Position numbers and translations under genes: made by a program | Notes under the pieces: generated by a model | What the model was told of the DNA's origin: nothing | What the model saw: the letters and a program-made list of their open reading frames with translations, nothing else | The model's database searches: none | Part shown: positions 12,601-24,640 of the stretch, piece after piece | Layout of the letters: each line of letters begins with the position of its first letter | How positions within the stretch are numbered: position 1 is the stretch's first letter | Source: Leptogorgia sarmentosa | Lineage: Eukaryota | DNA: 64,000 nucleotides | Assembly (NCBI GenBank): GCA_964658305.1 | Contig: OZ210885.1 | Span: 20,336,001-20,400,000 of the forward strand | Direction: 5' to 3'

Positions 12601-15385
12601 ATAACGTTCTTAGGGTCCCACAATGGGTTTTCCTTGCGTATAATTCTGAGAACCTCTGTAATGGAATCCGCATCTTCATGCTCTGGGATGAAAACGGCAA
12701 CGACTATATAGCCAACGTTAGAACGGACACATAGGAAGAAAAGAGGCAAAGCGTATCTGAAAAAAATATACTCGTCACTATTATTCCGTTTTTCGTTCAT
12801 TTCTTGTTATTGATGAAGATTGTTGCATAAGACCAGTTTTTATGTCGTATAGTACAGTTGCAGGTAACCTAGGGATCGGCCAATACCAAGCTAATACCAA
12901 GATATGATTGTACGCAAGATATCATTTGTACGTAAAAGTGATAAAATACTGACATTGTACCTGCACGTTCGGTATGTGGTGTCCATCAAGCACATTTCTT
13001 GACCATATAGCACTAGTAAGCGCTTCATCCATTGCGACTGGTAAACAAATAAAAAGCTGGTTTTCGAATCTTCCTCTACTGGTAGCACTGTTGAATATTA
13101 ACACGCTAATTTATAATTACACACTTAGAGGTAATTCCATTTCATTCATTAAAGGTGCAATGATGTACGTATTTTGCCCGATAAAAAATAAAGTCTTCTG
13201 GATTTGACTCTTGCCAATCCTTGCATTTAATTTCCAAATTTATTTGGTCATCTGGTGCTTTTCGAGCGCCAATCCGTGATGTGTATAGAATATTTCTAAT
13301 ATCTGCATCAGTTGGATAATACCTTCTGCTTAATTCAGGTGGGGCTCTTCTCCATGAAACAACTCATCTTTAACAAAACTATTTAAATGGCGACGCACTT
13401 CTGCCACACTGCGAACACCAATAACTTCCATCGCTCTAATTTTCTCTACAATTATGGGATCCATTGGTTCACGTAGACATGCCACCTGAAAAGGTAATAC
13501 AAAGAGACTTAGGAAGATGTTCCAACATGCCAAACCATACATTGGTGCTAATCGACCAAAAAGAGTAATTCAACAACCATTGTTTCTGCTTTCATCACTA
13601 AACAATTACCATGATGACAAATGACTTCGGAGTTTTGTCTAAATATACATGAAATAATTATTCATTGGCCCAGCGAATGATTACCTCTCCTTCAGTTGTA
13701 TGGAATTTGTGACTATTTACAGGTGGGAGTTTAATTGCAAATTGGTTGACAATCGTCATTTTTTTTCCAGCTTGCAAATCTGCCTTGAATGATGCCGCTG
13801 CATCCCTAATCTTTCTCCGCAGTTTTCCACAATCTGGACCAACAAAGACCTGCAGAATTGACTTATATAAGATACGATAACATAACATTACAACACACTG
13901 TTGTATAACATTTAATTAAGTCGTGTTATGTTTTTATACTAGTTATGTTCATAGATCTTTTTTGGCGCAAGTCGACTAAAAATGGCTTTAAAAAAACTTC
14001 TTAACTGCAAAGATCTGTGTGATATTACCAGACCTGTTTGACCACGAAATATCCATATTTACCCAAGTAATTCAATTTAGCTAGGGTGAAACCAGCCTGA
14101 CAATTCGGTTTTGCAATGCAAATTTGAGATCATTATTATTATTAATTTCTATTGATTGTTTTTTCAGTCTATGAACGCAGGAATATGAATTTGCATATAG
14201 CACAACCAAATTGTCAGGTTGGTTTCGCCCCAACACTTAGTCACTTGGCATGCAGTATGTTTCAATGTATGAAAGAAATGGCATCCCACACTCTATAGGG
14301 GTAGATTAGAGCAGAGCAAACAGCCAGACCTCTCAGTTTTCATTGAGTAAGTTATCAAGCATATGTATACCTTATAATCTGGTAACTTTAGTACTCGAGA
14401 CATTATAAGTTGGCTAGGACAACCCAGCTTTTTGGATGGTTGATAATGCTTTCTCTTTTTTCTGAATGTATGATCATGATTCTGCAAAATTGTTGAATGA
14501 TTACACTGTAACTGACTTTATGTGCAAGATTCTTGTCAACAAAATAAATTCTGTCATTTTTACCTCATTTTTATCCAGAGCTTCCTGTCTTCTGATTTTT
14601 GTCTTAAGATCTATATCATTACCCTGATGACATTGGTAGTTTACTGTCCCAACACATAGGAATGGCACACCATCAAATGAAAATGATATCCCTTCAGAAC
14701 TTTTCAGGCTCCACTGCAGTCTTGTTCTATTCTCTCTCAACACCATAATTTCCTCAGCAGCCGTACCTGAATTTTTTAAAATTCTTTATATAAAGTAAGT
14801 TCTCATCATGTCATAAAAAAGTGAGGTGATATCAGTTTTATCAATCATGAATTCAAAATTTATTCAGAGGATTGAATAAACTAATGTAACCAAGTTATCA
14901 GTGTGAGAGACACAAAAAGAGTGTAAATTGGAGTCACAGATTAAAAAATGTGATTTACTTTGTCAAAAATTGCAAAACACTATCTCACTCTAAATATCGG
15001 TGTATAAAAATTATGTACAGATATGCACATTTCATGATTTCAACACATATCAGATATAGATAAATGTCATAAATCCAACTTGTATATGTTCGAAATAATT
15101 TGTAATTTGTATTAACTGGGTAACCGTATTAGATATTCTTGTGTTTACCGTTCATGCGTTTGAAATATGGACAGGAATATATCTTAAACCATATCAACAT
15201 ATCATTAATATTCATATATATATGTAAATGAAGAACCCACCAAAAAGAGCGTTCGATTTTATACACCTCCATCCACTTTGTGTTTCTCTCTTGTACTCTT
15301 CAAATCGCTGAAGCATTTCTTTTTGTGTGGTATAAACAACAATTTGGCCACTATCTTCGTCCTCCACTCGCTCTATAGAAGCCAT
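6618..15385 (-). CDS. MULE-2 multi-exon transposase: CARF-like N-terminal region, MULE DDE domain, SWIM finger, Ulp1/C48-like protease, PHD finger; middle exons duplicated; probably disrupted
   Basis: ATG 15385 (MASIERV). Exon motifs DGVPFLCVG..CHQG, SKKLGCP, MDTTYRTC, VMVDCS, CDFHREKAW. Last exon has CQCIDYRTNKLLCKH (SWIM), WLTDEHI..HW..QRQRGASDCGLFAIA (Ulp1-like) and CVC..CSVCDNWFH..C..CTYC (PHD). Frameshift near 8280. Exon borders approximate. Confidence 0.85.
8789..15140. repeat. 3176-bp near-perfect tandem duplication inside MULE-2 (8789-11964 / 11965-15140)
   Basis: The same ORFs recur at a constant 3176-bp offset; only a few substitutions seen (DSIAEV/DSITEV, GKPRR/GKLRR). Confidence 0.95.
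10908..11054. repeat. Small intronic foldback/MITE-like element (second copy ~14084-14230)
   Basis: GGGTGAAACCAGCCTGACAATT...ATGCAAATT pairs imperfectly with AATTTGCATA...AATTGTCAGGTTGGTTTCGCCC. Confidence 0.55.
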
Positions 15386-15734
15386 TTTGCTTTCCTTCGT
15401 GCAATTTTCCAATTTTCGCGCGCTATTTTATCACGAAATTAAAATAAGCCATCCGCTGACCGCTATATATAGCAGTTTCAGATATGTGCACTTGTTGTCT
15501 ATGATCTAGTGCCGACCCCCATAGGGGAGTCCAAAGTTGCTCGATTTGGCGGCCATTTTGGGTTACAGTGTATGGGTGGTCATCACTGATCTCAAAATTA
15601 TAGTGGACTATCATGAAGAGCTGAAGCTTTTTAAAGCTTTTGGGCTTTTGGAAAGGCGAAAACTATGGAATGCCAAACCTGTCAAAAGTGTGTTGAGTTG
15701 CATATTTCTACTGTTGAGTTAGTGATACAAGTAA

Positions 15735-16235
15735 TTATAATATAAGTAGGGTAAAATCTGCAACGTGATTCGCTAATGAGCGTGCATTATAACAGCGTAA
15801 TGCACGCATCTAGCTATTAAATTTCTCCCGCGACTCTTTGGTTTGACAAAAAGACAATAAAAATACATATATACTAAAAATACATCCATAAAAAACGCTT
15901 GAATTGTTTGCTTTTGCTCAGCTAGAGGAATAAAGCTGTGTTGCTGCTTGGCAACATTTGAGAACACGCTTGATTACATGTAATGAGAATTGTAATTTTG
16001 ATCTTCCTAACGAAGTTTTTTGTTGCGCTAATATTCTGTTATATTATAAAGGAAATAGAAAAACTCGCCATTATGCTGTTGCAATTGCACTCGGGCAATG
16101 TTGTGAGAATACTCGAGAATCGCGTAAAACACTCGGCTACGCCTCATGTTTTACGCGATTCTCTCGTATTCTCCCAACATTTCCCTCGTGCATTATAACA
16201 GCATAACGGCACGCGACTCGTTATCTATTTCTTAA
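15735..16235. mobile_element. ~500-bp non-autonomous repeat inserted in the left TIR of element A (possibly Crypton-type)
   Basis: Absent from the matching right TIR; TAA at both junctions; short direct repeat GTGCATTATAACAGC near both ends; internal hairpin ~16091-16188 centred on CACTCGGCTACGCCTC. Family assignment tentative. Confidence 0.7.
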
Positions 16236-16477
16236 ATAGAACGCAATGAAATCGTATTGAAACATTTAAACTAATCACTGAAATGAGTATATGATGTGAC
16301 GAGGGCAATTTAAGATCATTCGAGTTTTATAAATGGATATTCGAGAAGTATATGACGAAAAGGATAGTACGAAAAAAAACTATATGATGAAAGAGGTAAG
16401 ACAAGAAAAATATATGATGAAAAAGATAGGACGAAAATGAAAAACGCAATAACACGTGACTAAACACTTTTCGCATC

Positions 16478-18004
16478 ATGGCGGCTGCAAACATTATCAA
16501 TGAGTCTTGCGAAGAACTCACGGATTTTTTTCAAATGCTTGATAACTTGTTTGTTCATATTCAGCAGTCAATCTTCTTCAGAGATCCCGTAGATTTACGG
16601 CACTGTAAACAAAAGCTGGAACAAAGCTTGCCTATTGTGACAGCCATTTTCTTTGCTGCCAACAATAGCGTGCTAAACACAACTAGTGGAATTCAATTTC
16701 ATGGCGAGGCAGGTGAAACTAGGCCCCCGATTACATGGTTGCTTGAAGAACTGATGAACATAATCGAGAGAAAGATGAATAACATTAGTGCTGTTCTTCA
16801 AGCAGCAGATCGTGAAGACCGCCGACCTATTACATCACTTTTGCCAAGTACAGGTAGTCGTCCAGCTTATAATATAACAAAAGAGCAAATAGAAGAACTT
16901 AGGGAGACAGGTATGAACTGGAAAACGATTGCCGGCTTTTTGGGTGTGTCAGAACGAACACTGAGTCGTAGAAGGATTGAATATGGAATTTTAAATAGTT
17001 TCTCGGAAATTTCCGACGAAGAACTTGATGTCCATATCAAACGCATTCTTCAACTTACTCCTTACAGTGGAGAAGTATACATAATCGGGAGTCTGAAGGC
17101 AAGAAATGTTAGGGTTCAAAGGGAAAGAGTGCGGGAAAGTCTTTTGAGAGTTGATCCAATAGGCAGACAAATGCGCCGTAGGTACGCGATCTGTAGGAGA
17201 GTTTACAGTGTGCCAGGACCGAATTATCTTTGGCACATTGATTCGAACCAGAAGATGATAACATGGCGATTTGTCATGCATGGCTGTATTGACGGGTTCA
17301 GTAGAACAGTAATTTATATTACTTGTTGTACAAATAACTATGCTCAAACCGTTCTTGAGCTTTTTAGAAGAGGAGTGGACGATTTTGGGCTGCCTTCAAG
17401 AGTAAGAGGCGATCGAGGAGTCGAGAACGTGGATGTCGCAAGGGAAATGATCGCACACAGGGGTGAAAATAGAGGCAGTTTTATCGCCGGACGCTCCGTC
17501 CACAATCAAAGAATTGAAAGATTGTGGACCGAGGTAAATAGAGTGTCATCCGCATTGTATATTGGTATTTTTAAGTTCATGGAAGACAACATGTTGCTTG
17601 ATCCTTTGGACGAATTACATTTATTTTGCCTCCATTTTGTTTTCTTACCTCCAATCAAAGCCTCATTGTTTGAATTTATGGAGCAATGGAATCACCATGG
17701 CCTTAGAACGTCCAGAAATCAGTCTCCTTTGGCGATATGGCAATCAAATATGATCCCCTTAACAGATGAGTCACCACTAGTGAGCTTCGACGAGTACAGA
17801 GTCGATTATGGGGGTCCAACTCCGGATGTAGACACAAACAACAACGTAGTTGTACCAAATTCCTCAGTGGAAATCACTGGCGAACAACTGACTTATTTAT
17901 CTGACCATGTCGACCCCTTAAATGACGACAGGAATCATGGAATAAACAATTATCTAACTGCACTGGACATTATGAATGAATTTCAAAACCAAGATGAAGA
18001 ATAG
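16478..18004 (+). CDS. Intact DDE integrase/transposase (rve/IS3-like), 508 aa, element A
   Basis: Open single-exon ORF; HTH ([18 protein letters not shown]); catalytic WHIDSN, RVRGDRG and NQRIERLW with D-34-E spacing. Confidence 0.92.
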   Translation: MAAANIINESCEELTDFFQMLDNLFVHIQQSIFFRDPVDLRHCKQKLEQSLPIVTAIFFAANNSVLNTTSGIQFHGEAGETRPPITWLLEELMNIIERKMNNISAVLQAADREDRRPITSLLPSTGSRPAYNITKEQIEELRETGMNWKTIAGFLGVSERTLSRRRIEYGILNSFSEISDEELDVHIKRILQLTPYSGEVYIIGSLKARNVRVQRERVRESLLRVDPIGRQMRRRYAICRRVYSVPGPNYLWHIDSNQKMITWRFVMHGCIDGFSRTVIYITCCTNNYAQTVLELFRRGVDDFGLPSRVRGDRGVENVDVAREMIAHRGENRGSFIAGRSVHNQRIERLWTEVNRVSSALYIGIFKFMEDNMLLDPLDELHLFCLHFVFLPPIKASLFEFMEQWNHHGLRTSRNQSPLAIWQSNMIPLTDESPLVSFDEYRVDYGGPTPDVDTNNNVVVPNSSVEITGEQLTYLSDHVDPLNDDRNHGINNYLTALDIMNEFQNQDEE

Positions 18005-18335
18005 ATATTACTGCATGGTGACCATAATAACGTTCAGATGCAATACAAATTAACTGCATCATAACATGTAATCTACTTGGGCGATGAAGAATGCATACAA
18101 CCGAACATTGTTTTAACTAAGACAAAGTATTTTGAAATAATAGTAATACATTTATATTATTTATATTATTCACATTAGGAAACAAACTTGAACAACTTAC
18201 TCAACAGCTTAACGTTCTGAGCACAATATAAATACGTTGCAACCGAAAGTTGAACCTCGTGTGAAAAGTTCATATGGAGGTCATCTCATATCCGTTAAAA
18301 ATGTCAAAAACTCAACTTTAGTGCGTCATTTCAGG

Positions 18336-20297
18336 TCAAATAATATCAAATGACCATGCTTGTTCGTCTTTTAAGATATTGTTAAATTCAGAAGCAACAT
18401 CAGCATAGCTTTCGTAAGTGGTTGGGACTTCTAATGTGGGCCCACAGGTATGAGAGATAGGTCGGCGCTGAAGTCCAGAGAGTTGAATATAACTTGGATA
18501 GGACGACCGGTCAAACAATCTGCGCCAGTAATGAAGTGAAGAAATCTTGCAATTGCTTTTCCTTCTAACGATCTTATGTATCGTTTCAGGTGATCCAAAG
18601 TTAACCGCTCAATTTCATTCGATGTTTCTACTTCAAGTGCTTTAAGTACTTTTTTGGCAGTTGGTTGCTTCTCCATGAACAATCCAAGGACTCCATCGAG
18701 AGTCCGAAAGCTTTCATCGAACTGGAGCTTCTTTATTATAGGCACCCAACAATGCACAACGTACCGGGGTTTCTGCACCAGTTCTTGGTGCGTATTTTCT
18801 AATCAGTCATAATTTCCTAGCGCTATTTATCCGACAAAAATGTGCTCTAACCATATAGTGTATAGTATAACAGTCTGTGAGAGATTACTGCATGTAATGA
18901 CTAGCATATTGGATATACCTGGAGTTGTTATTGGATTTACGCTTTCTACGTTGACCTCTAATGTTGCTTTATTGTCACAGAGAGGAGATGCTTCTGTTGA
19001 ACTTCCTGGTTCCTCTGATATGTCTACCATCGTGGCAATTAAATCTTCATCAGGTTCTGACTGCAACCAGTCATTTTCACTGATTTCACTGGTCACTATA
19101 ATAATTGTCATTAAATTCTGTTAAATAAACATTAGGTAGTTTGATACAAATTCAGTTGTATAGACAGCATTCAACTGGGCCAAGGCACCAGTGATACTCT
19201 AATTATAAATAAAATTGTTTTGTGTACGGTATATTGAACATATTCCTTGGTGTATGCTTTGGGGAAGGGGTCACTCATCCAAATTGATTTTTTACCCAAC
19301 AAAATACCCATGGTAACAGTATTTCAAGCCTGTGCATTGCACATACTTGCATCTTCCAATTCATCAGTGGTGTTGGTCCTTTTGTGCTAAAACGCATGAT
19401 AGAGTATTATGATTACAGGATATGAAACAAATTAGTTTTTGGACAACAACACATGACCATTCTATGAGCATATATTTACTAAAAACACCTCAATACTACC
19501 TGTTTTTCATGCCCTGTGTCCAATAAACGTTGACTAGGACGAATATAGAGAGGCTTTTGTCTAAAAATTCTATGAATCATGACCCCATCTAGAAGCTGTC
19601 CTGGTGCTAGGTTGGGTGTGGTCAAACTTGAATGAACTGATGTCATTATTTCGATGTCTACATCAGGAGGAATTTTTCCATCAAAAGCTTCAATAATGCG
19701 AGTCTCGACGGCGGCGGCAGAAAGGTCTTTAGTGAAGCGTGCACCAGAGATAATATGGCCATTTTCTGTCAATACTAAACAACTTCCTTGTCGTGGTACA
19801 ACCTCATCTTGGGGACCACTTAGAAGAATTAAGTCACATAAGAATGGTCTGTTATCTGTCGTTTGTGTTCGACCTCGATTCCCTCTTCGGCGATTTTGAG
19901 AACCCGTAGTAGGTCTTGCAGCTGGAAAGTAACGTCTTGTCTGAAAAGCGATATTTCTACGCATCGGAAGGCGATTTTCAGACCTAAGGCTCGATTGAAC
20001 TTCTGATAACTGACCAAAAGCATCTGTTGTTCGTCGTTGTTGACTCGGTTGAGAACGCAAAGTTTGTCCAGCACTTGTTGTAGTACTGGTACTGGTACAT
20101 AGCTCAGGCTGTTCTTGGAAATGCGAATTGACCGGCAAAGTTTCTATATTTGAAGATGCATTTGGAAAAGACGTTCTCAATGAAAACGCACTTCTAACTT
20201 CAGCATTAACTGAAATAGTTGATCGGGGCGATATTATTTCTGAAAGCTCATTCACTCATTCAACCAAATTCCGAATAACAGCACGATTTTCCGCCAT
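18336..20297 (-). pseudogene. HECT E3 ubiquitin ligase cargo gene of element A (disrupted)
   Basis: ATG 20297 (MAENRAVIRNLVE*, early stop); conserved N-domain RPF..DLILL..VPRQG..EAFDGKIP..YIRP; HECT C-lobe FLHFITG..RPISHTCGPTLEVP..WSFDII*; N-lobe deleted near 18800; frameshift ~18465. Confidence 0.85.
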
Positions 20298-20700
20298 TTT
20301 GTTGATTCTTGATTCTATCGCGTATTATGCTCATGAAGCACTGCACACATGTTTACTGTTAGCGCTGACCGCCTAGTACAGTCAGAAATCTCGTCTTATC
20401 TTTTTCATCATATATTTTTCTCGTACTATCTTTTTCGTCATATACTTCTCGAATATTCATTTATAAAACTCAAATTATCTTAAATTGCCCTCGTCACATC
20501 ATATATTCATTTCAGTGATTAGTTTAAATGTTTCAATACGATTTCATTGCGTTCTATTTACTTGCATCACTAACTCAACAGTAGAAATATGCAACTCAAC
20601 ACACTTTTGACAGGTTTGGCATTCCATAGAAAACAAAGACAAGACCTACGCTGTAAGACTTGAAAAGCCTTCTCAGAAGATATATAATGATGAGAAAGGG

Positions 20701-20870
20701 TGTTGTAAATCAGCCCCCAATTTTATTCACAACACAAAGTCAGTGTACGAATATGAATATTATTCTTTCACAGTAATTTTCACGGTAGTTTTAACGTAAT
20801 GTTAACGTTTTCAACATGGTTTCACGTGCTCTCTCTCTGTTTTCCGACGCCCCACCGGTATATGCCGGAC
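20701..20870 (-). repeat. BEL 3' LTR, first part (continues at 30966-31031)
   Basis: Matches 37348-~37497 with small indels. Confidence 0.9.
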
Positions 20871-21597
20871 TATGGCAAGCCATAGCTGACAAAAGTGTAC
20901 CGAGATGTATATATCACTACTTCTAACGGATATATTTGTGGCCGAGAAACGTAAATTAGTAATTGAAACGCATATATTAATGGTCCAGATTGATAATACT
21001 ATATTCGAGTTGTATATATCTATGATCGACTTGCATACATCGCATGACGGGAAATATATATCATAAGGCGAGACGGATATAAAACGAGATGTATGACTGT
21101 ATATTTGGTCAGCGGTTATTATGTATGCATTCCATTACTTGGAGTAACTAATTATAACACCTGTAAATTTTTTGACAGAAATGCACGTGTTTTGGGCATT
21201 TGACACCATTTGTATTTTTTTTGGTTTCTACCTGCTTATTTGAGCATTGCTAATTTGAGATGGCACAATCTATGGCAAGCCAAAGTGGACAAAAGTTTCG
21301 AGAATTGTATGCGGTGGTCGAGTTGTATATACAATAGTCGAGCAGTGTATGCGATACTCGAGAATACATATACGAGATAGTCGAGATAAATGAACTATGA
21401 ACGAGTTTTATAAGCTATAGTCGAGAAAATGAACAACAATCGAGAATTCAAATTATTCCATACGATGGTTGAGATTTTTATAAACGATAGTCGAGTTTTA
21501 CGACGGTAATTTCGGTCAGCGGACACAATACACATATCGCCGTACGTCATGTTACTTTGTGTTGAAATAACCTCATTTACATTCCTCATTTTCATAA

Positions 21598-24194
21598 ATG
21601 GCAGATCCTGGTGAGGCTGTTGTCAATCGTCTTCTCAACCGAATAAACGAGTTGGCAGACGCAATTTCGCCGCAGGTCGAAGCAGAAACACGGCGCATAT
21701 TTCGTAATGAAAACGTTTGACATACATCGTCTTCGATTGCAAGCAATACAAGCAGTACGCCTGAAACAACGCAACAAGCTGTGCTGGAGCCACAACCACC
21801 ATGTGTAGTGACAACTACGTCTACAACTCCCCAATCGCTTGCCATACCTACTCAGTCACATATTCCAGATTCGCGTACCACGTTTATTGCCAGACGACAA
21901 TTTGGCGGACAGCGATCCAGTTTTAAGCAAAGGCAGAGAAGAATTTCGTGCAGACCGAAGCCAAAGGTCGCAGACACGAGGCCATTTATGCGCGACTTGG
22001 TGTTGTTGTCGGGTCCTCATGATAATGTGGTACCACGCCAGGGAAGTCGCCTGACATTAATGGAAAAGGGCCACGTTATCTTGGGGTGCCGTTTTAACAA
22101 GGCAATGAATGCGGCCCAAGTTCAACTTGCCATTATAGAGGCATTTGATGGGAAAATTCCCGATGATGTTGACATCGAGTTACTGGTGTCAATGCACACG
22201 TCATTGGTAGTACCATCTTTGGCCCGTGGCCAACAAGGTATTGATGGTGCTATGGTGCAACGACTCTACCAAAATAAACCTGTCTACATTCGCCCAAATA
22301 GGCAGTTGATAAGACAAACCAATGAAGCTTCACAACAGGCAAGTAGAATGCAATGCGATAATATCCCTTACAAGCAAAAACCTACAGGCTCCAACAATTT
22401 TCTGTTTAAATACATTTTACAGTAACTATCTTCACATAATAGTGCAACATAATGATATTAATATTACGATATTCAATATTATAGCCACCTGATATGTATG
22501 ATGACGAAGAGGCCCAAGGTGAGTAATGTACACGTTACCATTTGATTAATGAACAGAGTGTTTGCTAAAACATTCTCTATGCTATTTTTAAAAGCTGTTG
22601 AAACATTTGAGCAAGAGTTGTTGCCGACCATTTATACAGAACCACCCGAGGAACCACCCACACATCACCAACAAAACACTGGAAATTTAGCACTTGCTGT
22701 GTCAACACCACCCACAGACCACCAGTCTTCTGTAATTGCACAACCTTCAACAATACCCACCTATTCAGTTCTAGACCTTACAACAGTGCAAGAACCAGCT
22801 ACACCATCAATTTCTGTAGTTGACCTCGATGACATTCCAGGTTGTACACATACATTAATATATGCATGCAATTTGAGTAATTTCAAGACATATATTATGT
22901 ACCAAACACCTAGTGACTACAGCTAACCGTGAGCATTTTACTTAGATAATATTTGGGGTTATAGACAAAAGATAAATTACAATTACAATTGTTACAATTG
23001 TTTTTGGAATTAAGAATGTCATGTTTTTTCCAAAAATACCTCGCACTTGAGGTCAGAAAAAAACATGACATTAGAAATTTCAAAGTCTATACATTCCTAG
23101 ACATTAAAGGTACTAATGTTATATATTTTTCGAATGTTAGATGTGTTGTTAGATGATGATTTGCCACAGGTCCTGTCATCCTCAGAGGAACCACTTATCA
23201 GGCATGCAAGGGAAATTTTCTTGCCACGAAGCAACCCGTTAAAGGAACTAATTAAGCAGTTCATGGTTGAAGAAGTCCTAGATTACAACATCACATTTGT
23301 GATTGTAGCTGACAATAACATTCCTGAATCAGGTAGAGGTAGTGGCATCACACGCGAAGTGCTCAGCCTATTCTGGAAAGAATTCCAAATCTCTCTAACA
23401 ACTGGTGCTTCGGAAAAGGTGCCTTCCATTCGGCACGATTACCAAAATGACCAGTGGGTCAGTATTGCCAGAATAATCGTGTTTAGCTTTCAGAGACACA
23501 AATGTCCAAAGCATTTGTAACCACCTGCCTGTTTGGAGAAGATCTCCTAACCAAGGAATCTCTACTTGATGCTTTTTCCTCGTATGTGTCAACAGACGAA
23601 GCAGAGACTATGAGGAAATGTTTGAAAGGAGAGATTGCTGTTGATGACGAGGATTTGCTTGACATGTTAAGCAGCTATAAATGCTATGGGCAGCCAACAC
23701 TGGATAGTATGCAAAAAATCTTTGAGGAGTTAGCCCATCAGGAGCTTGTGCAAAAGCCAAAGTATGTTGCAGTTGCATGGAGTCCACATTTGCAGTCCTT
23801 GAGAAAACACCCGGAATTCAGTGATGTCAACACTATGACCACTTTTTACGAAGAGAAAAGGCCCACCCCAAAGCATGTCATCAAGCTGTTGAAGGCAGAG
23901 CCATCCTCTGATGCTGAGAGGACATGCCTGGATCACCTCAAAAGGTACATCAAGTCATTGGGTGAAAGCCAGCTATCAAGACTTTTGCAGTTTGTAACTG
24001 GGAGCAACATTGTCACTGTCGAGGAAATCCAGGTGACATTCACCAGTACAGTTGGTGTCAGTCGCTGTATTGTTGCCCACACTTGTGGTCCTCTTCTCGA
24101 GTTGCCATCTACATTTCAAACATACAATGAACTGTCTGAAGAATTCAGTAACATTTTAGCAAATGCTCTTGCCTGGTCATTTGACATTGTATGA
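21598..24194 (+). pseudogene. HECT E3 ubiquitin ligase cargo gene of element C (4 predicted exons, ~2 lesions)
   Basis: Exons ~21598-22338, 22485-22518, 22594-22840, 23141-24194. TGA at 21718; frameshift ~23505. Motifs ESGRGSGITRE..FW, LLQFVTG, AHTCGPLLELP, WSFDIV*. Confidence 0.87.
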
Positions 24195-24640
24195 CATGAT
24201 TGCACATTGCAAAACATGATTGCTGGATTAATAGTTATAGTAGTTTGTTCTATATAGGGTTTTGTTTGTTAATTGTTCATTATTTTATTTGTTATTTTAT
24301 TTATTAGAGTTTTGTTTGGGAATTGTTCATTCTTTTGCGGGAATACTGGGTTGGCAGCCGTGGTATTTATATAAATACTATAATAATATATAATAATAAT
24401 AATACATCTTCTACACACCCAAGAGTTTGAGATTCAATGATGTTTGTAGTCCAAGTTGACATAATACAAATTAGATATAGTATGTATTTACATGTGACAA
24501 CTGAATATACATAAACCTACTATAATTTTTAATACGTGGCTTTGCCTAGAAAGTGACTCAAGCAATTAAAGTTCATTCAGGTAATCAATTTCTAATTAAA
24601 GTCGACTATAATATATATATTAATTGTAAAATGGCAACCT

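Larger units (their letters stand above)
5251..15517 (-). mobile_element. MULE-2: complete Mutator-like DNA transposon
   Basis: Perfect 65-bp TIRs (GGTCGGCACTAGATC...) at 5251-5315 and 15453-15517; 9-bp TSD CCCATAGGG at 5242-5250 and 15518-15526; MULE transposase inside. Confidence 0.93.
15664..20628. mobile_element. Element A: IS3EU-like DNA transposon (integrase + HECT ligase, convergent)
   Basis: TIRs TATGGAATGCCAAACCTGTCAAAAGT...; right TIR ~20388-20628; left TIR split by an insertion; 6-bp TSD GAAAAC at 15658-15663 and 20629-20634. Confidence 0.92.

Noticed and set aside
16478..18004. Bacterial IS3/IS481 element or contamination
   Set aside because: The partner genes have spliceosomal introns and the elements are nested with eukaryotic LTR, LINE and hAT elements with clean TSDs.
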